Assembly (NCBI GenBank): GCA_963752255.1
Contig: CAVVXT010000019.1
Span: 384,001-448,000, forward strand
Source: Nitrososphaeria archaeon
GTDB taxonomy: Archaea; Thermoproteota; Nitrososphaeria; JACIWG01
Reading direction: 5' to 3'
Length of the DNA stretch: 64,000 nt
Below the pieces are notes generated by a model, which did no database searches, had not been told where the DNA came from, and worked only from the letters and a program-made list of their open reading frames with translations. The translations under genes were made by a program, and so were the position numbers. Shown piece after piece: positions 30,100 through 40,195 of this stretch (positions are counted from its first letter, which is position 1; each line of letters begins with the position of its first letter).

Positions 30100-30249
30100 A
30101 ACAACAACGATAAAAAACAGTCAATCAACCAAAAAGGTAAACGTCACCGCTGCCATAGACCCGTTTCCCTTTCTGGGTCTTATCATACGCTTTGCACATA
30201 CAATCTTTTAAGGAAACCTTTATTATATTAACTCGCTAAAAAATTTAAT

Positions 30250-30768
30250 ATGCCATCAAATCTCTCAAATGTTTATAAATTTTCATCTTTGATCAATACC
30301 TCTCTTGCAAAAGAAGGCCTACTGGTCGCATCATCGGGAGCAGACGGAAAAAGCAACGTCATGACGATCGGGTGGGGGGAAGTAGGGGTACTCTGGTCGA
30401 AGCCTTTCTTTATTGCCTTCATAAGGAAGTCGAGGTATACATATGAACTGATCGAGCAATCCGGTGATTTTACGGTAAACGTTCCTCCTGAAGGATTTGA
30501 AAAGATCATAGACTTTTGCGGTACTGAGACAGGAAGAAAAGTTGATAAAATTAAAAAGCTCGGCCTTAAGATCAAGCCTTCGAAAGCAGTGAAGAGCCCA
30601 ACCTTATCTGATTGTCTAGTCACGTTGGAATGTAAAGTTATGTTCAAGAAAAGGATTGTTAAAAAGGATGTTCCAAGCAATATGATAAAAAGATTCTACG
30701 ACAAAGGAGACTATCACACGTGCTACTTCGCTGAAATCGTAAATGTTACATCTAGAAACATTCCCTAA
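30250..30768 (+). CDS. flavin reductase-like (flavoredoxin) protein
   Basis: NVMTIGW, RKSRYT, FTVNVP, LECKV, DYHT. Confidence 0.88.
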   Translation: MPSNLSNVYKFSSLINTSLAKEGLLVASSGADGKSNVMTIGWGEVGVLWSKPFFIAFIRKSRYTYELIEQSGDFTVNVPPEGFEKIIDFCGTETGRKVDKIKKLGLKIKPSKAVKSPTLSDCLVTLECKVMFKKRIVKKDVPSNMIKRFYDKGDYHTCYFAEIVNVTSRNIP

Positions 30769-31252
30769 CTTTTTAAATTTTTCCTAATATATGAAATAGT
30801 ATCTGAAATTGTTTACAACCTATAAAGTCGTCCTTTTCTCTTCCCAACGCTATCATATAGCATATAATGAACAATCATGAAATAATATACTCATAATGAT
30901 CAGGTAACGATTTATCCATTAAAAAAATTAAAAACAGATTAGCAAAAAAAGTCATAACAACTTTAGCCTTCCATTAACGTCGTGGACAAAAATTAAGGCT
31001 CCCTATCCGTTCCTATAGCTTCTAAGACGACGCTGATAGCCTATGCTCCCACTAAGATATTCTTCTTTAATGTAAGTTCCGTTAAGGCACATATCTATCG
31101 GTTTCTGATAGTGGTCCTCCTATATAAAGAAGCCCTTATTCACCAGTTAAATAGAGATTCTTATGCGGTTTAACTGCGAGCAAGAAACCAGTAACAGCTT
31201 TCCTTTTAAAATTAACTTTAAATAAAACAATAAACCGTTTAATTGCTATCTT

Positions 31253-31438
31253 ATGCCTAATGCAGATGTTGAAGATAACCAAAAACCTGTAAAAAAAAAT
31301 AGGAAACCTGAAAAACAAGAAGAAAGTTGGGAAAAAGATATGAAAGACACAGAAGAGGACGAAGAAACTGAGACAGAAAATTCCGACGAATTTGAAGAAA
31401 ATGTTGAAGAAACTGAACATGCAGAAGAAAATGCTTAA
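31253..31438 (+). CDS. small highly acidic protein
   Basis: 61 aa, Glu/Asp-rich; AT-rich promoter-like sequence upstream. Confidence 0.4.
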   Translation: MPNADVEDNQKPVKKNRKPEKQEESWEKDMKDTEEDEETETENSDEFEENVEETEHAEENA

Positions 31439-31508
31439 AGCCGAATTTTTCCTCCAACAATTTCGTGAATTCTTATTAACTGGATGAAGTGTTGCGAGTT
31501 TATCTACC

Positions 31509-31856
31509 TTATCTCATTATGGCTTTAAAAATCTGCAGTTTCTGAATGAGCCCTTCCACTTAATCCCTGTCCGCTTTATAGAGCTCTTTAATACATCCTC
31601 TTACTTCCACTGCATATACGTCTGATATTTCCGCCATTTTTCACATCATCGCTTGTATGACCTGCGCCAAGATGCTTGAATATTCGATGGCGAACCGTTT
31701 GGAAAGCCATATTAAACTGATGCCGTGTTTCTTGAAATATTTAGAACGGGCTTCTTCATCTCTGGATGCAGGGGACCCTTTGACGTCAAAACCAAGGGCA
31801 CGATTACCTATCTCGATGTATATAGGAATAACGTATACCGGTGAGTTCCAAAGGTT
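31509..31856 (-). pseudogene. two decayed small genes, the first resembling the C-terminal domain of the 32476-33417 protein
   Basis: 31856-31641 reads NLWNSPVYVIPIYIEIGNRALGFDVKGSPASRDEEARSKYFKKHGISLIWLSKRFAIEYSSILAQVIQAMM*; then 31637-31509 MAEISDVYAVEVRGCIKELYKADRD*VEGLIQKLQIFKAIMR*. Confidence 0.45.
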
Positions 31857-32030
31857 TTAAGTGCGTATGCAATAATCGGAATTATATTACGGAGGGTTTA
31901 GATAAACAAATCTTAAAGAAGATTCCATACTGTTTAACAGCATCATTAATTTTTTACATTCTTCTAAAATCTGTTAAATTTATATCAACTTTAAAGGTCA
32001 TTCTTTACTTTCACAATGCACTTAGTTAGT

Positions 32031-32292
32031 ATTTAACTTTTACTTGTAGTGTAATAATTAATTTAACTTTTACATATAATGTACTAATTATTTTTAGGTC
32101 AAGGTCTATTGTACGTCAAACAGGAAAAATATTTTCCCCTATATATAGAGGGATGTGGTTGTTTTTCTAAGGAGTACTGGGGTTTAACGGGCGATGTACG
32201 TTAATAGGGCTGGGGCGTTTTTCCTGTTTGGAGACCGCTTGAACCTTCTAAATACCCTCTGGTAATTAATTAATACACTATATGTAAAAGTT
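32031..32292. repeat. tandem 30-bp repeats plus inverted copy and internal 13-bp inverted repeat (origin- or centromere-like locus)
   Basis: 32031-32060 and 32061-32090 (26/30 identical); inverted copy 32267-32292 (24/26); CAAACAGGAAAAA 32117-32129 and TTTTTCCTGTTTG 32218-32230. Confidence 0.75.
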
Positions 32293-32475
32293 TTTAGAAA
32301 GGAGATCACAAAGGACTTTAAGTTAACGAACCCCTTTATAATCAAGTGTTAGGGACGACAAGAAAGCGGAGGAATGCACGATCGAGACTTAGGTGGCTCA
32401 AGACATAAGTTTAAGAAAAAGTGGGGGGGGTTGTTAAAGTATGAGCAGTGGGGCGAGGAAGGAGAAGGTTGAAAG

Positions 32476-33417
32476 TTAGTCACTCTTACGGAAGTTTCTG
32501 AATTCAGGGGCACCTGGGTTCCAATAGTTGGCCATTGCGTCGATCAAGGATTCTAAGGCCTCACGCTCCTGGTAGATCAGCCTTATCGGAATGTGGATGA
32601 CTTTAAGCTCATGGTTCTTCCAGAGGCCGTTCTCCTTCATAGGGTTAAGGACAACCTTCTTGTCAAGCTGGATGGCAACGTTTCCAATCAGGAAGTCCAC
32701 GACGTAGGGTTTCTTCTTTTTCTTTGGAAGCAGCACTTCTTCAGGCCCCGGCTCAAATTTAACTGCAGTCTCAGGGTAGACGTTGATCTCGGAAAGCAGC
32801 ACAGTGAAATCGGCTACAGGATTCTTAGGTACAGGTTTAGTAGTAGATCCCTGCTCTGAGGGCTTTCCGGTCATGCTTTCTATAACCTCGGCTGTGCCGT
32901 CCGTCACAACCGTTGTGACGGCTTCTCCTTTCGTAGACACCTTATGTAAAGAATTATCGAGCGCATCCGCTTTTGCTTTAGCACTTAATTTACCCAGTTT
33001 TGACATTTCCTCGGACTTGTATTCTTTAGATAGAGAAGATTCTATTTTTGACCTTGAAATTTTAAGAAGTTCAACCATCTTATCAACAACTTTACCCTTC
33101 TTAACATTATATTGATCAACGAGCACTTTCGCTATTGCGTTTAGTTGCACATCCCACCAAGCTTTATCTTTCACTCCATGGATGTTGTCTGAGATCTTAC
33201 TCAGGTAGAAGTCCAGGTCATCTTCAATGTGCACAGTCTTTTCAGGCCATTTTGGATCAGCCTTCTTCCTCGTTTCACCCGCTACGATCCTTCCAAGCTG
33301 ATCCTTTAATACGGGGTGCAGGTATCCTCGTTTTTTGGCGGATTGCCGAAGCTGAAGAACGATATTATCTTCAGGCTTTTCAGTTTCTTCAGCCAAAGCG
33401 AGTCCCCTCATTTCCAT
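32476..33417 (-). CDS. ParB/Srx-like N-terminal domain protein with degenerate DUF559/Vsr-like C-terminal domain
   Basis: LRQSAKKRGYLHPVL...IVAGETR (cf. IxDGxRR); C-terminal YVVDFLIGNVAIQLD...LKVIHIP. Confidence 0.65.
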   Translation of the reverse strand: MEMRGLALAEETEKPEDNIVLQLRQSAKKRGYLHPVLKDQLGRIVAGETRKKADPKWPEKTVHIEDDLDFYLSKISDNIHGVKDKAWWDVQLNAIAKVLVDQYNVKKGKVVDKMVELLKISRSKIESSLSKEYKSEEMSKLGKLSAKAKADALDNSLHKVSTKGEAVTTVVTDGTAEVIESMTGKPSEQGSTTKPVPKNPVADFTVLLSEINVYPETAVKFEPGPEEVLLPKKKKKPYVVDFLIGNVAIQLDKKVVLNPMKENGLWKNHELKVIHIPIRLIYQEREALESLIDAMANYWNPGAPEFRNFRKSD

Positions 33418-33802
33418 CTTCTTTTTTCAAGCCCGCGCCTGCCGGCAGGTCAGTCGAAGAACTCTGCTCAATCTGCTTTAATGACGCCGTAGACATATCT
33501 TCAGGCTCCATTGAAAGAGGCATATCGGTTCGCTCGATCAGCCATACAGCGTTGTCGATCGTATCCCAAAGCATAGTTAAATTTTCTCCCTCGGAGAGAG
33601 GGGAATTCGTACTTACCCAGGTCTGAGAGAATAAGACAGGTTTCTCAATCCCTTCAATTTGCACCGGGTACCATCCGTCTTGAAGGTCTCCCACAAAGTT
33701 CAGAAAACGCCCCATTATCAGCTTGCACCTGGACTCAAGAACGCCGCAGATTCCGACCTTTATGTAAGATTTACCCCCGACTGTATATTTTTCTATGTTC
33801 AA
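33389..33802 (-). CDS. hypothetical protein
   Basis: 137-aa ORF overlapping the start of the ParB-like gene. Confidence 0.6.
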   Translation of the reverse strand: MNIEKYTVGGKSYIKVGICGVLESRCKLIMGRFLNFVGDLQDGWYPVQIEGIEKPVLFSQTWVSTNSPLSEGENLTMLWDTIDNAVWLIERTDMPLSMEPEDMSTASLKQIEQSSSTDLPAGAGLKKEDGNEGTRFG

Positions 33803-34002
33803 GAACCATATTACCCCTTCACATTATTTCCGGCGTCTGAATACTGTTTATTTATTTTATTGCTCATACTTATCATCTAAAACTGTTATTCTTGTTATCC
33901 TCTCTCCTTATTAAACTTTGTCGCTTGGTTTTTGTCGCTTTAATTTATAATGCGAAAAATTTATAAAGAAAGTCTCAAGCGATAGCATAGGGTAGCGACA
34001 AA

Positions 34003-34986
34003 ATGATCTGGGCAGATGCAATAAAATTGATAGTAGGTAATCTAAAGACGCGGGGGGAAATGAAGCATGATGAGTTAGTAGACATCCTTTTAAAAGAACT
34101 TAATGGGAAAAAAGGTCTTAAAAGGACTGTTGAAAGATGCCTAAAAACTCTTGTCGAGGCAGGGATTCTCGTAAAGGACGAAAGGGGTGTCTACAAATGG
34201 TTCGAATCAGTTGAACCATTCGCTACAGGAGAAAAGTATGAAGCCTTGCTGGAACACAGCAAGAACTTGGTGGCAGGATTCATAGCTCTATCCCATGATT
34301 ACGGTGGAATACTTGAAGAATACATTTCCCCCAATATCCTAAGAGAGTATGTTCTGAAACCGGAAAGTCAGCCTCTGGCAGTGACAACTGATTTGAAGTT
34401 TGCAAGATCACCCGAATTGCAGCTCAGCTTCCGTTATATGTCGCAGACTAAACCGCATGTTATGTCACATCTGCAAGCATACGATATGGAAAAGGGGAAG
34501 GTCCAAGAAGCTATATCACTTATGGCCGAAAGGAAACAGAAGGAAAAACTCTTAAAAGAAGAAATCGAGCACAGGATAAGAGAAAGTTTTGATGAACAGA
34601 AGGTCCCACAGGATGCACTTGAAAACTCTGCAGAAATCGTTTATGTCGCAATCGAGAACAGGCTCAAGGGATACAAGTTCGAGGGATTAGATGGTATGAT
34701 CGACAGTTCAAGTCCAAGCTACGACTTCTTAGGTAACATGGGGATTTCTGCCAAGGGGTATGGGGAAGAAGTTCGAAGTTTCTTGGATAAGCTGAGAAAT
34801 GATGCGAAGTTGAGTGAGATGGTTTATGAGAGGAATGAATTTGAGTCAAAGTATTATGATGCAAAAAAGTCAGCAGATGAAGTGTTATCAGATATCGTAC
34901 TGAGGATATCTTCTGGTGAACCTCTAAAGTGGAGATGCAAGATCTGCTCGAGATTAAATGACATTAAAATAGGTAATAAAACATAG
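34003..34986 (+). CDS. winged-helix N-terminal protein with C-terminal CxxC
   Basis: RTVERCLKTLVEAGILVKDERGVY; GEPLKWRCKIC. Confidence 0.7.
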   Translation: MIWADAIKLIVGNLKTRGEMKHDELVDILLKELNGKKGLKRTVERCLKTLVEAGILVKDERGVYKWFESVEPFATGEKYEALLEHSKNLVAGFIALSHDYGGILEEYISPNILREYVLKPESQPLAVTTDLKFARSPELQLSFRYMSQTKPHVMSHLQAYDMEKGKVQEAISLMAERKQKEKLLKEEIEHRIRESFDEQKVPQDALENSAEIVYVAIENRLKGYKFEGLDGMIDSSSPSYDFLGNMGISAKGYGEEVRSFLDKLRNDAKLSEMVYERNEFESKYYDAKKSADEVLSDIVLRISSGEPLKWRCKICSRLNDIKIGNKT

Positions 34987-35155
34987 GAAAAGGAAATATG
35001 GGATTATGGCCTTTAAAAGGAGAAAGAATGGCAGCAGGATAATTCAAATGGCATCTCCCAAAGAGTTATCAGAACAGAAGATGATAAAAGCATACCGAAG
35101 TTAATCTTACGACTTCCCAAATGAACCATCACACATAACAAACTTTTATTCAGCT

Positions 35156-36160
35156 TATTTCGAGTAAACAAGAACCCTGTTTGAAATACTTGAGCCCTGT
35201 TCTTTAAGAAGTTTGTCAACTTTTCTTCGGGTGACGGCAGTTGTCGTACCTACGCCAGTTACTCAAGCAGCACCGCTTGCTGCCCCCTCCAACAAAACTC
35301 TTATTAGTTCTTCAGTTGATATTCCGTGTACTTCTATCTTTTTACGGCTTAATATTTGGGTGAGACGATAGATCATCCCCGCACAGAAGGCGTCACCAGC
35401 TCCCGAGGGGTCTACTGTTTGAACTTTAAATGCGGGCATAGTTATCTTCCGCTCCTTAACCTTGGCGAGCAGACCGTGTTCGCCTGTTGTTACAACTGTC
35501 AGTTTAGCGCCTTTTGAGATGACTTCTAAAGCTTCGTCCACCTCCTTCTTTCCTGTCATTTCTAAAGCTTCAACATCGTTGCAATGGAATATGTCAATCC
35601 ATTTTAGGGCTGATATAAGTGGATCCCATCCATGTTGATATGGGACAACTGGATCGACAAATGTGAGACAGTTTAGCTTCTTTGCGGCCTGAAGAATCTG
35701 AGCAAGCCGATAATCGAATTCCCCTAGGATCCCGGTTGCCCCAACGTAAAAGATAAGAGGTTTCTCCTCCTCTAGAATAGCTAATGTGCGGTCAGGGTCC
35801 AGCCAGAGATTTGCCCCTACATTTGTGTGGAACCTCCGATCTTCCCCGGTGACAACTAATACTTCATCCACTGAGGTTCCAGCTTTTTCTTACCCTCTCT
35901 ATGTGCGTAATTATTCCATACTTTTTCAACTCGTCCTCTATGAAATCGCCAAAAAGGTCTTGGCCAACTGCGCCGACCAAACTTACTTCCCCTTTTGGTA
36001 GACAAAGCTTCATCAAGTCGATCGAAACATTTGCAGCATGTCCACCAACGTGTGGTTTTATTCCTAAAGGCGCAAATGTGAGCTCGCCTGGCTTCGATAT
36101 TCTGGGTAGGCCGGCTGCTATAATGTCACATACGAGTATACCAGAGCAGTTTACCAGCAT
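35156..36160 (-). pseudogene. PfkB-family carbohydrate kinase, frameshifted and with a nonsense codon
   Basis: GGHAANV, GAVGQDLFG, NDVEA, DPSGAGDAF; +1 shift near 35885; TGA at 35263 followed in frame by VTGVGTTTAV. Confidence 0.85.
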
Positions 36161-36169
36161 CTTATTACC

Positions 36170-36532
36170 TCAAATCAAATAATTCCAACATTTTAGGAGG
36201 GCTCTTTCTTGACCCCCCAGTTTTATTGCAGCCTGTAGCGCCTCATGGTCCCTAGCGTTGATAAGTCCGACTATTTTTGCGCCGTACTCCCTTCTAACTT
36301 TAGGTGTTTCATACAAGACTGGAGTACATATTCCGCTAGAATCTTCCACTGCCAATTCTTCAGCCACCCGTTTTGGTGGATATCGGCCTATCCCAGCAAA
36401 AAAAATTGCAATAACGTATTTATCTGGATAAAGTGCGCCTCTATCTTCCCAAAGAAGCTCTCTTAAATGGCCTCTAGAGGGTTCTGACAAAATACACCAC
36501 TTAATGGAATTGCCATAACTTATATAAATCAT
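36170..36532 (-). pseudogene. probable 3' remnant of a gene upstream of pfkB
   Basis: protein-like C-terminal two thirds, implausible N-terminus; ends 10 bp before the pfkB start. Confidence 0.4.
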
Positions 36533-36654
36533 TATTTATTCTTTGTGACCAAACACAAATTTGTTTTTACACTTGTGTTAAGCAAAAATAGGATCACTTT
36601 TTTAAAAGGGAAAAAATTGTGCGTTCCAAAAGAGGGTATAGACTCATGAATTTC

Positions 36655-37305
36655 TTAAGTCACCGTGAAGTGCAGTACTGCGATGTATCCCCACATGGTG
36701 CCTGAGACCACTGTATATTCGCCGGCAGGAAAGACCCTCAAGGTTCCGTTGACGTAATAACCACTCAGGCTGAAATCGGCGCCCATCCGCATAGGCTGAC
36801 CAGTTGATGTGCTATTGCCGTACACAGAGAACGCGAGATTACTGTTGGGCAAGAACCGGTATCCGTCTACGGCTGGAATGTAAAGAGGGCAGGGTGCAGG
36901 TGTAAACATCCAGAGAGAAGCTGCATCAGAGATGTTCTGGTCCATAAAGTGTCCTCGGCAGATCGCAATCCCCAAGGGATAAGGTACGTTTGGGCAGGCT
37001 GCTAAAGTCAGCTCTGGAGCTGAAGGCCAATCGAAGACTTTTGCCAGGGTCTGGTTGTGGTCCAACGTGTTGGTCAGATCTGTTACTATATTGACAACCT
37101 GCCCCCTTTTGATGGAAACCGAGCTCAACGAAAGTGTGAGGTTCAATCCGTTTACACTGTCGAAGGAGGACGCGGCAGCAGGCTGGGGTGGAACGGAACC
37201 CTGCCGGTTAGACAGAAATAGATCTGTGGCAATGATTGCCGCGGCTGCTACAATAGCAACTAAGACTACCGTTAAAAGGAAACCGTCCACTTTGCTTTTG
37301 CTCAT
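36655..37305 (-). CDS. membrane-anchored extracellular hypothetical protein
   Basis: N-terminal TM, Ig-like beta-rich domain with Cys, GEYTVVSG.MWG. Confidence 0.7.
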   Translation of the reverse strand: MSKSKVDGFLLTVVLVAIVAAAAIIATDLFLSNRQGSVPPQPAAASSFDSVNGLNLTLSLSSVSIKRGQVVNIVTDLTNTLDHNQTLAKVFDWPSAPELTLAACPNVPYPLGIAICRGHFMDQNISDAASLWMFTPAPCPLYIPAVDGYRFLPNSNLAFSVYGNSTSTGQPMRMGADFSLSGYYVNGTLRVFPAGEYTVVSGTMWGYIAVLHFTVT

Positions 37306-37461
37306 GCACCAAATATAAGGACGCCAGATTATAGTTCTATATTTAGAACAGTCGTAATAATAGTTTCAAGCATCCTGATAATTATCGCTGGAAAAGGTTC
37401 TTTTTTTAAAAGCCCCATCGCTTTGGGTAAAGATCTATGAGATGGAAAAAATACATACCAG

Positions 37462-37959
37462 TTACAGTTCTAATGGAATCCCATAAGATTCTTTGAAAAA
37501 AACTTCAGAGAACGCTTTTCTTTGTGTGGCAAATGGATTCTCGTCAGGAACACCAACAGGAAGAAGTGCAATGACTTCTCGGCTTTCAGGAACCTTCAAA
37601 ATATCCTTAACCTTCCTCTCATCGAATGCCCCAATCCAACATGCTCCATAGCCAAGCGCTGTCGCAGCCAGAACCATATGCTCTACAGCAATCATAGGAT
37701 CCTGTCTGTGCGGTAATTCGACTAGCGCCACGATTATCGTGTCCGCTTCGGCGATGAAGGTTTGATTGTTGGCAGCGACCGATATTAGCCTCTTGGTCTC
37801 CAAGTCCCTTATCACTATAAAATACCACGGTTGGCGATTGCTGCCTGAAGGCGCCAGGCGTGCGGCTTCCAGAATCTTTTTCAGATCAGTTGCGGATATC
37901 GGATAAGGCTTGAACTTTCGTATACTTCTCCTTCTCTCTATCGCTTCAAAAAAATCCAT
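37462..37959 (-). CDS. nitroreductase-family protein
   Basis: RRSIRKF, APSGSNRQPW, GYGACWIGAF. Confidence 0.92.
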   Translation of the reverse strand: MDFFEAIERRRSIRKFKPYPISATDLKKILEAARLAPSGSNRQPWYFIVIRDLETKRLISVAANNQTFIAEADTIIVALVELPHRQDPMIAVEHMVLAATALGYGACWIGAFDERKVKDILKVPESREVIALLPVGVPDENPFATQRKAFSEVFFKESYGIPLEL

Positions 37960-38220
37960 ATATGGCTCATCCCCAGACAGTTGGTACAATATGGCCATTA
38001 ATAGACAATACTAGAAATGTTTTGCGGACTAACAGGTTACTTTTTTACGACATCATATTACACAGTCTATAAATGAGGAAGATTCGCAGAAAATAAGCAG
38101 GCGACTTTCGTTCTGGGAGTCAACTCAATAACTTATTTGTGGTTCTAATTTGAATCCCAAAATTAGACCGATATGATCATTAATCCCACCAATCCCGCTA
38201 TCAACAGATGTCTATGTGGT

Positions 38221-38700
38221 TCAACCAGTCAGAGCTTTTTGCCAGGAGGTGTCTTCTGGGTTGGCTCTGTAGTTCGAGTTGATCAAGGGTTTGAGGTCAT
38301 CCCGGATGAAGGCCATAAAGTCGTTGGCTCCGCCGGAAGGACTGTACTCACCTGTAGGGTCCTTAGTCAGCGTAAGGTCTTTAGCACGCGCGCTAAACCA
38401 TCCTGCATAGTATTCGAATGGCTTCGCAGGATCAAGTGGATACCCAATACCGACGACGATCATATCGGGCACCTCGATACGTGCCATTTTCCTAAAGGCT
38501 GCCAGGAACCGAACGGTTTCAGTGATATCGCCGAAGCAGACATCTGCGTCCAACAGGTAGAGAACAGGATACGTTTCTTTGCTCTCAGCATAACCTACCG
38601 GTAATGCGACCTGAATCTTGTACTCTTTTCCCAACAATGTCGATTTAAGGAACCTCAATTCTGAATCACGGATTGTTACCGGCGGAAAATTTTCGTTCAT
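38221..38700 (-). pseudogene. IroE/BesA-like alpha/beta-hydrolase, truncated before the GxSxG motif
   Basis: YKIQVALP.GY, YPVLYLLD, IVVGIGY, GGANDFMAFIRDDLKP; no nucleophile elbow. Confidence 0.8.
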
Positions 38701-38934
38701 TCTATCACGTCATCAAAGCTTTGGGTTTAAAGCCAATATTTATATTATCTGTGTTCGGGGATTTTTGGATGCTAAACTTGAGAAACCTTTCAGCATCGGC
38801 AGGGGGTTCGGAAATTAAGAAATGGCTGGCTTTCAGTATTAGACAAAGCGGAGCATGCCAGAATCAATGCATTCTTGAATGTTACCATATTTCCGGCCAA
38901 GTTTACAGCGCGATAAGACTTTCACGGTGATTTT

Positions 38935-39435
38935 ATGAAAACACTAGTAGTGTTCTTCTCGAGGAGTGGGACAACGAAAAAGGTTGCAGAGGCAATTTCA
39001 AACATCTTGGGAAGTGACGTTGAAGAAGTATTCGACACAAAAAAAAGGGGAGGCGTCCTTGGCTGGCTGCGGTCAGGCAGGGATGCCCGCGCAAAAAAAC
39101 TCACCGTAATTAAACCCCCAAAGAAAGACCCAGGCTCGTATTACGCGGTTATAATCGGAACCCCTGTTTGGGGTGGCACATTGTCTACGCCCATCAGGAC
39201 ATACATAACACAGTACAAACAAAGCTTCAGACAAGTCGCATTCTTCACCACGCAGGGTGGCTCTGGGAAAGTCCCATTCGAAGAAATGGAGGCTCTATGC
39301 GAAAGGAAACCAGTTGCAGCGCTTATGTTAAGACAAAAGCAAGAAGTGGAAACAGAAACTTACCTCGACAAAGTGAGGCAGTTCACCGATGCAATAATCA
39401 AGCAGATGAACGAATCGACACACCAAGATAACTGA
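38935..39435 (+). CDS. flavodoxin
   Basis: VVFFSRSGTTKKVA, IGTPVWGG, FFTTQGGSG. Confidence 0.9.
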   Translation: MKTLVVFFSRSGTTKKVAEAISNILGSDVEEVFDTKKRGGVLGWLRSGRDARAKKLTVIKPPKKDPGSYYAVIIGTPVWGGTLSTPIRTYITQYKQSFRQVAFFTTQGGSGKVPFEEMEALCERKPVAALMLRQKQEVETETYLDKVRQFTDAIIKQMNESTHQDN

Positions 39436-39705
39436 CATTTTTGCTCATCTGAGTTGGGCATAATTGAACGAAACTTTCCTGATCTAAACGTTCCATTTTA
39501 GAATATTTTCCACTAGTTACTTATCTAAACATTCCACTGCAATAGCTAAAAAGAGAGTGGGCTTGCGCTCGGCACATTTTGTCAGAATTGGTTTTTTTTG
39601 CAAATTAAATGTAATTAAAGAAAGAATATAAAAAAATAACAAGATTTACAACTAAAAAATTGACAACATTTATATATCATTTTAAAATAATTGTTGTCGA
39701 GCGAT

Positions 39706-40035
39706 ATGGCTTTATTTGTTGCCGTACATAAATGGAAACCTGAACAATTACCAACTATCATAAAAGAGACTCTAGCGCTCTTCACAGTTCAAAGAGATGG
39801 AAAACTCCCGAAAGGTGTTGATCTACTCTTCTCCTATAATAATATAACGCCTAATGGAGCTTTCTGTGTCTGGGTCGCTCCTAACCCTACTACCCTTGAA
39901 CAGTTATTCGGAAAATACTGCCCAGTACTGAAGAAAGGAACCGAGTTCGTGCCTGTCGTGCAGAGCTATCCACCAACCATGGAGTACGTTGTACATCTCA
40001 CGCAGATGATGTTAGCCCAAGCGGCTCCAAAGTAA
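39706..40035 (+). CDS. small hypothetical protein (dimeric alpha-beta barrel-like)
   Basis: MALFVAVHKW...AFCVW.AP; TTTATATA upstream, T-tract downstream. Confidence 0.65.
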   Translation: MALFVAVHKWKPEQLPTIIKETLALFTVQRDGKLPKGVDLLFSYNNITPNGAFCVWVAPNPTTLEQLFGKYCPVLKKGTEFVPVVQSYPPTMEYVVHLTQMMLAQAAPK

Positions 40036-40195
40036 ATTTTAGGCTTGAATCTCTGGAGTCACTCCTCTTCTTTTTTTAGCAATAGAAGAAATCTTTCAGG
40101 TCTTGAAGGTTGGAGGAAAATGTATGCTTCTTGAACCTTTTAGGAACCTCAGAATGTTTTGGGCTTTCCCTTCGCAGTTTTTCCAATACTATAGA

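Noticed and set aside
31136-31420. Phe-rich minus-strand membrane ORF
   Set aside because: Antisense shadow of the GAA-rich acidic ORF
32031-32090. CRISPR array
   Set aside because: Two adjacent 30-mers with no spacer and no cas genes
36480-36491. Another IS6-type end (GGTTCTGACAAA) near the truncated 36170-36532 gene
   Set aside because: Short match, no partner and no subterminal motif
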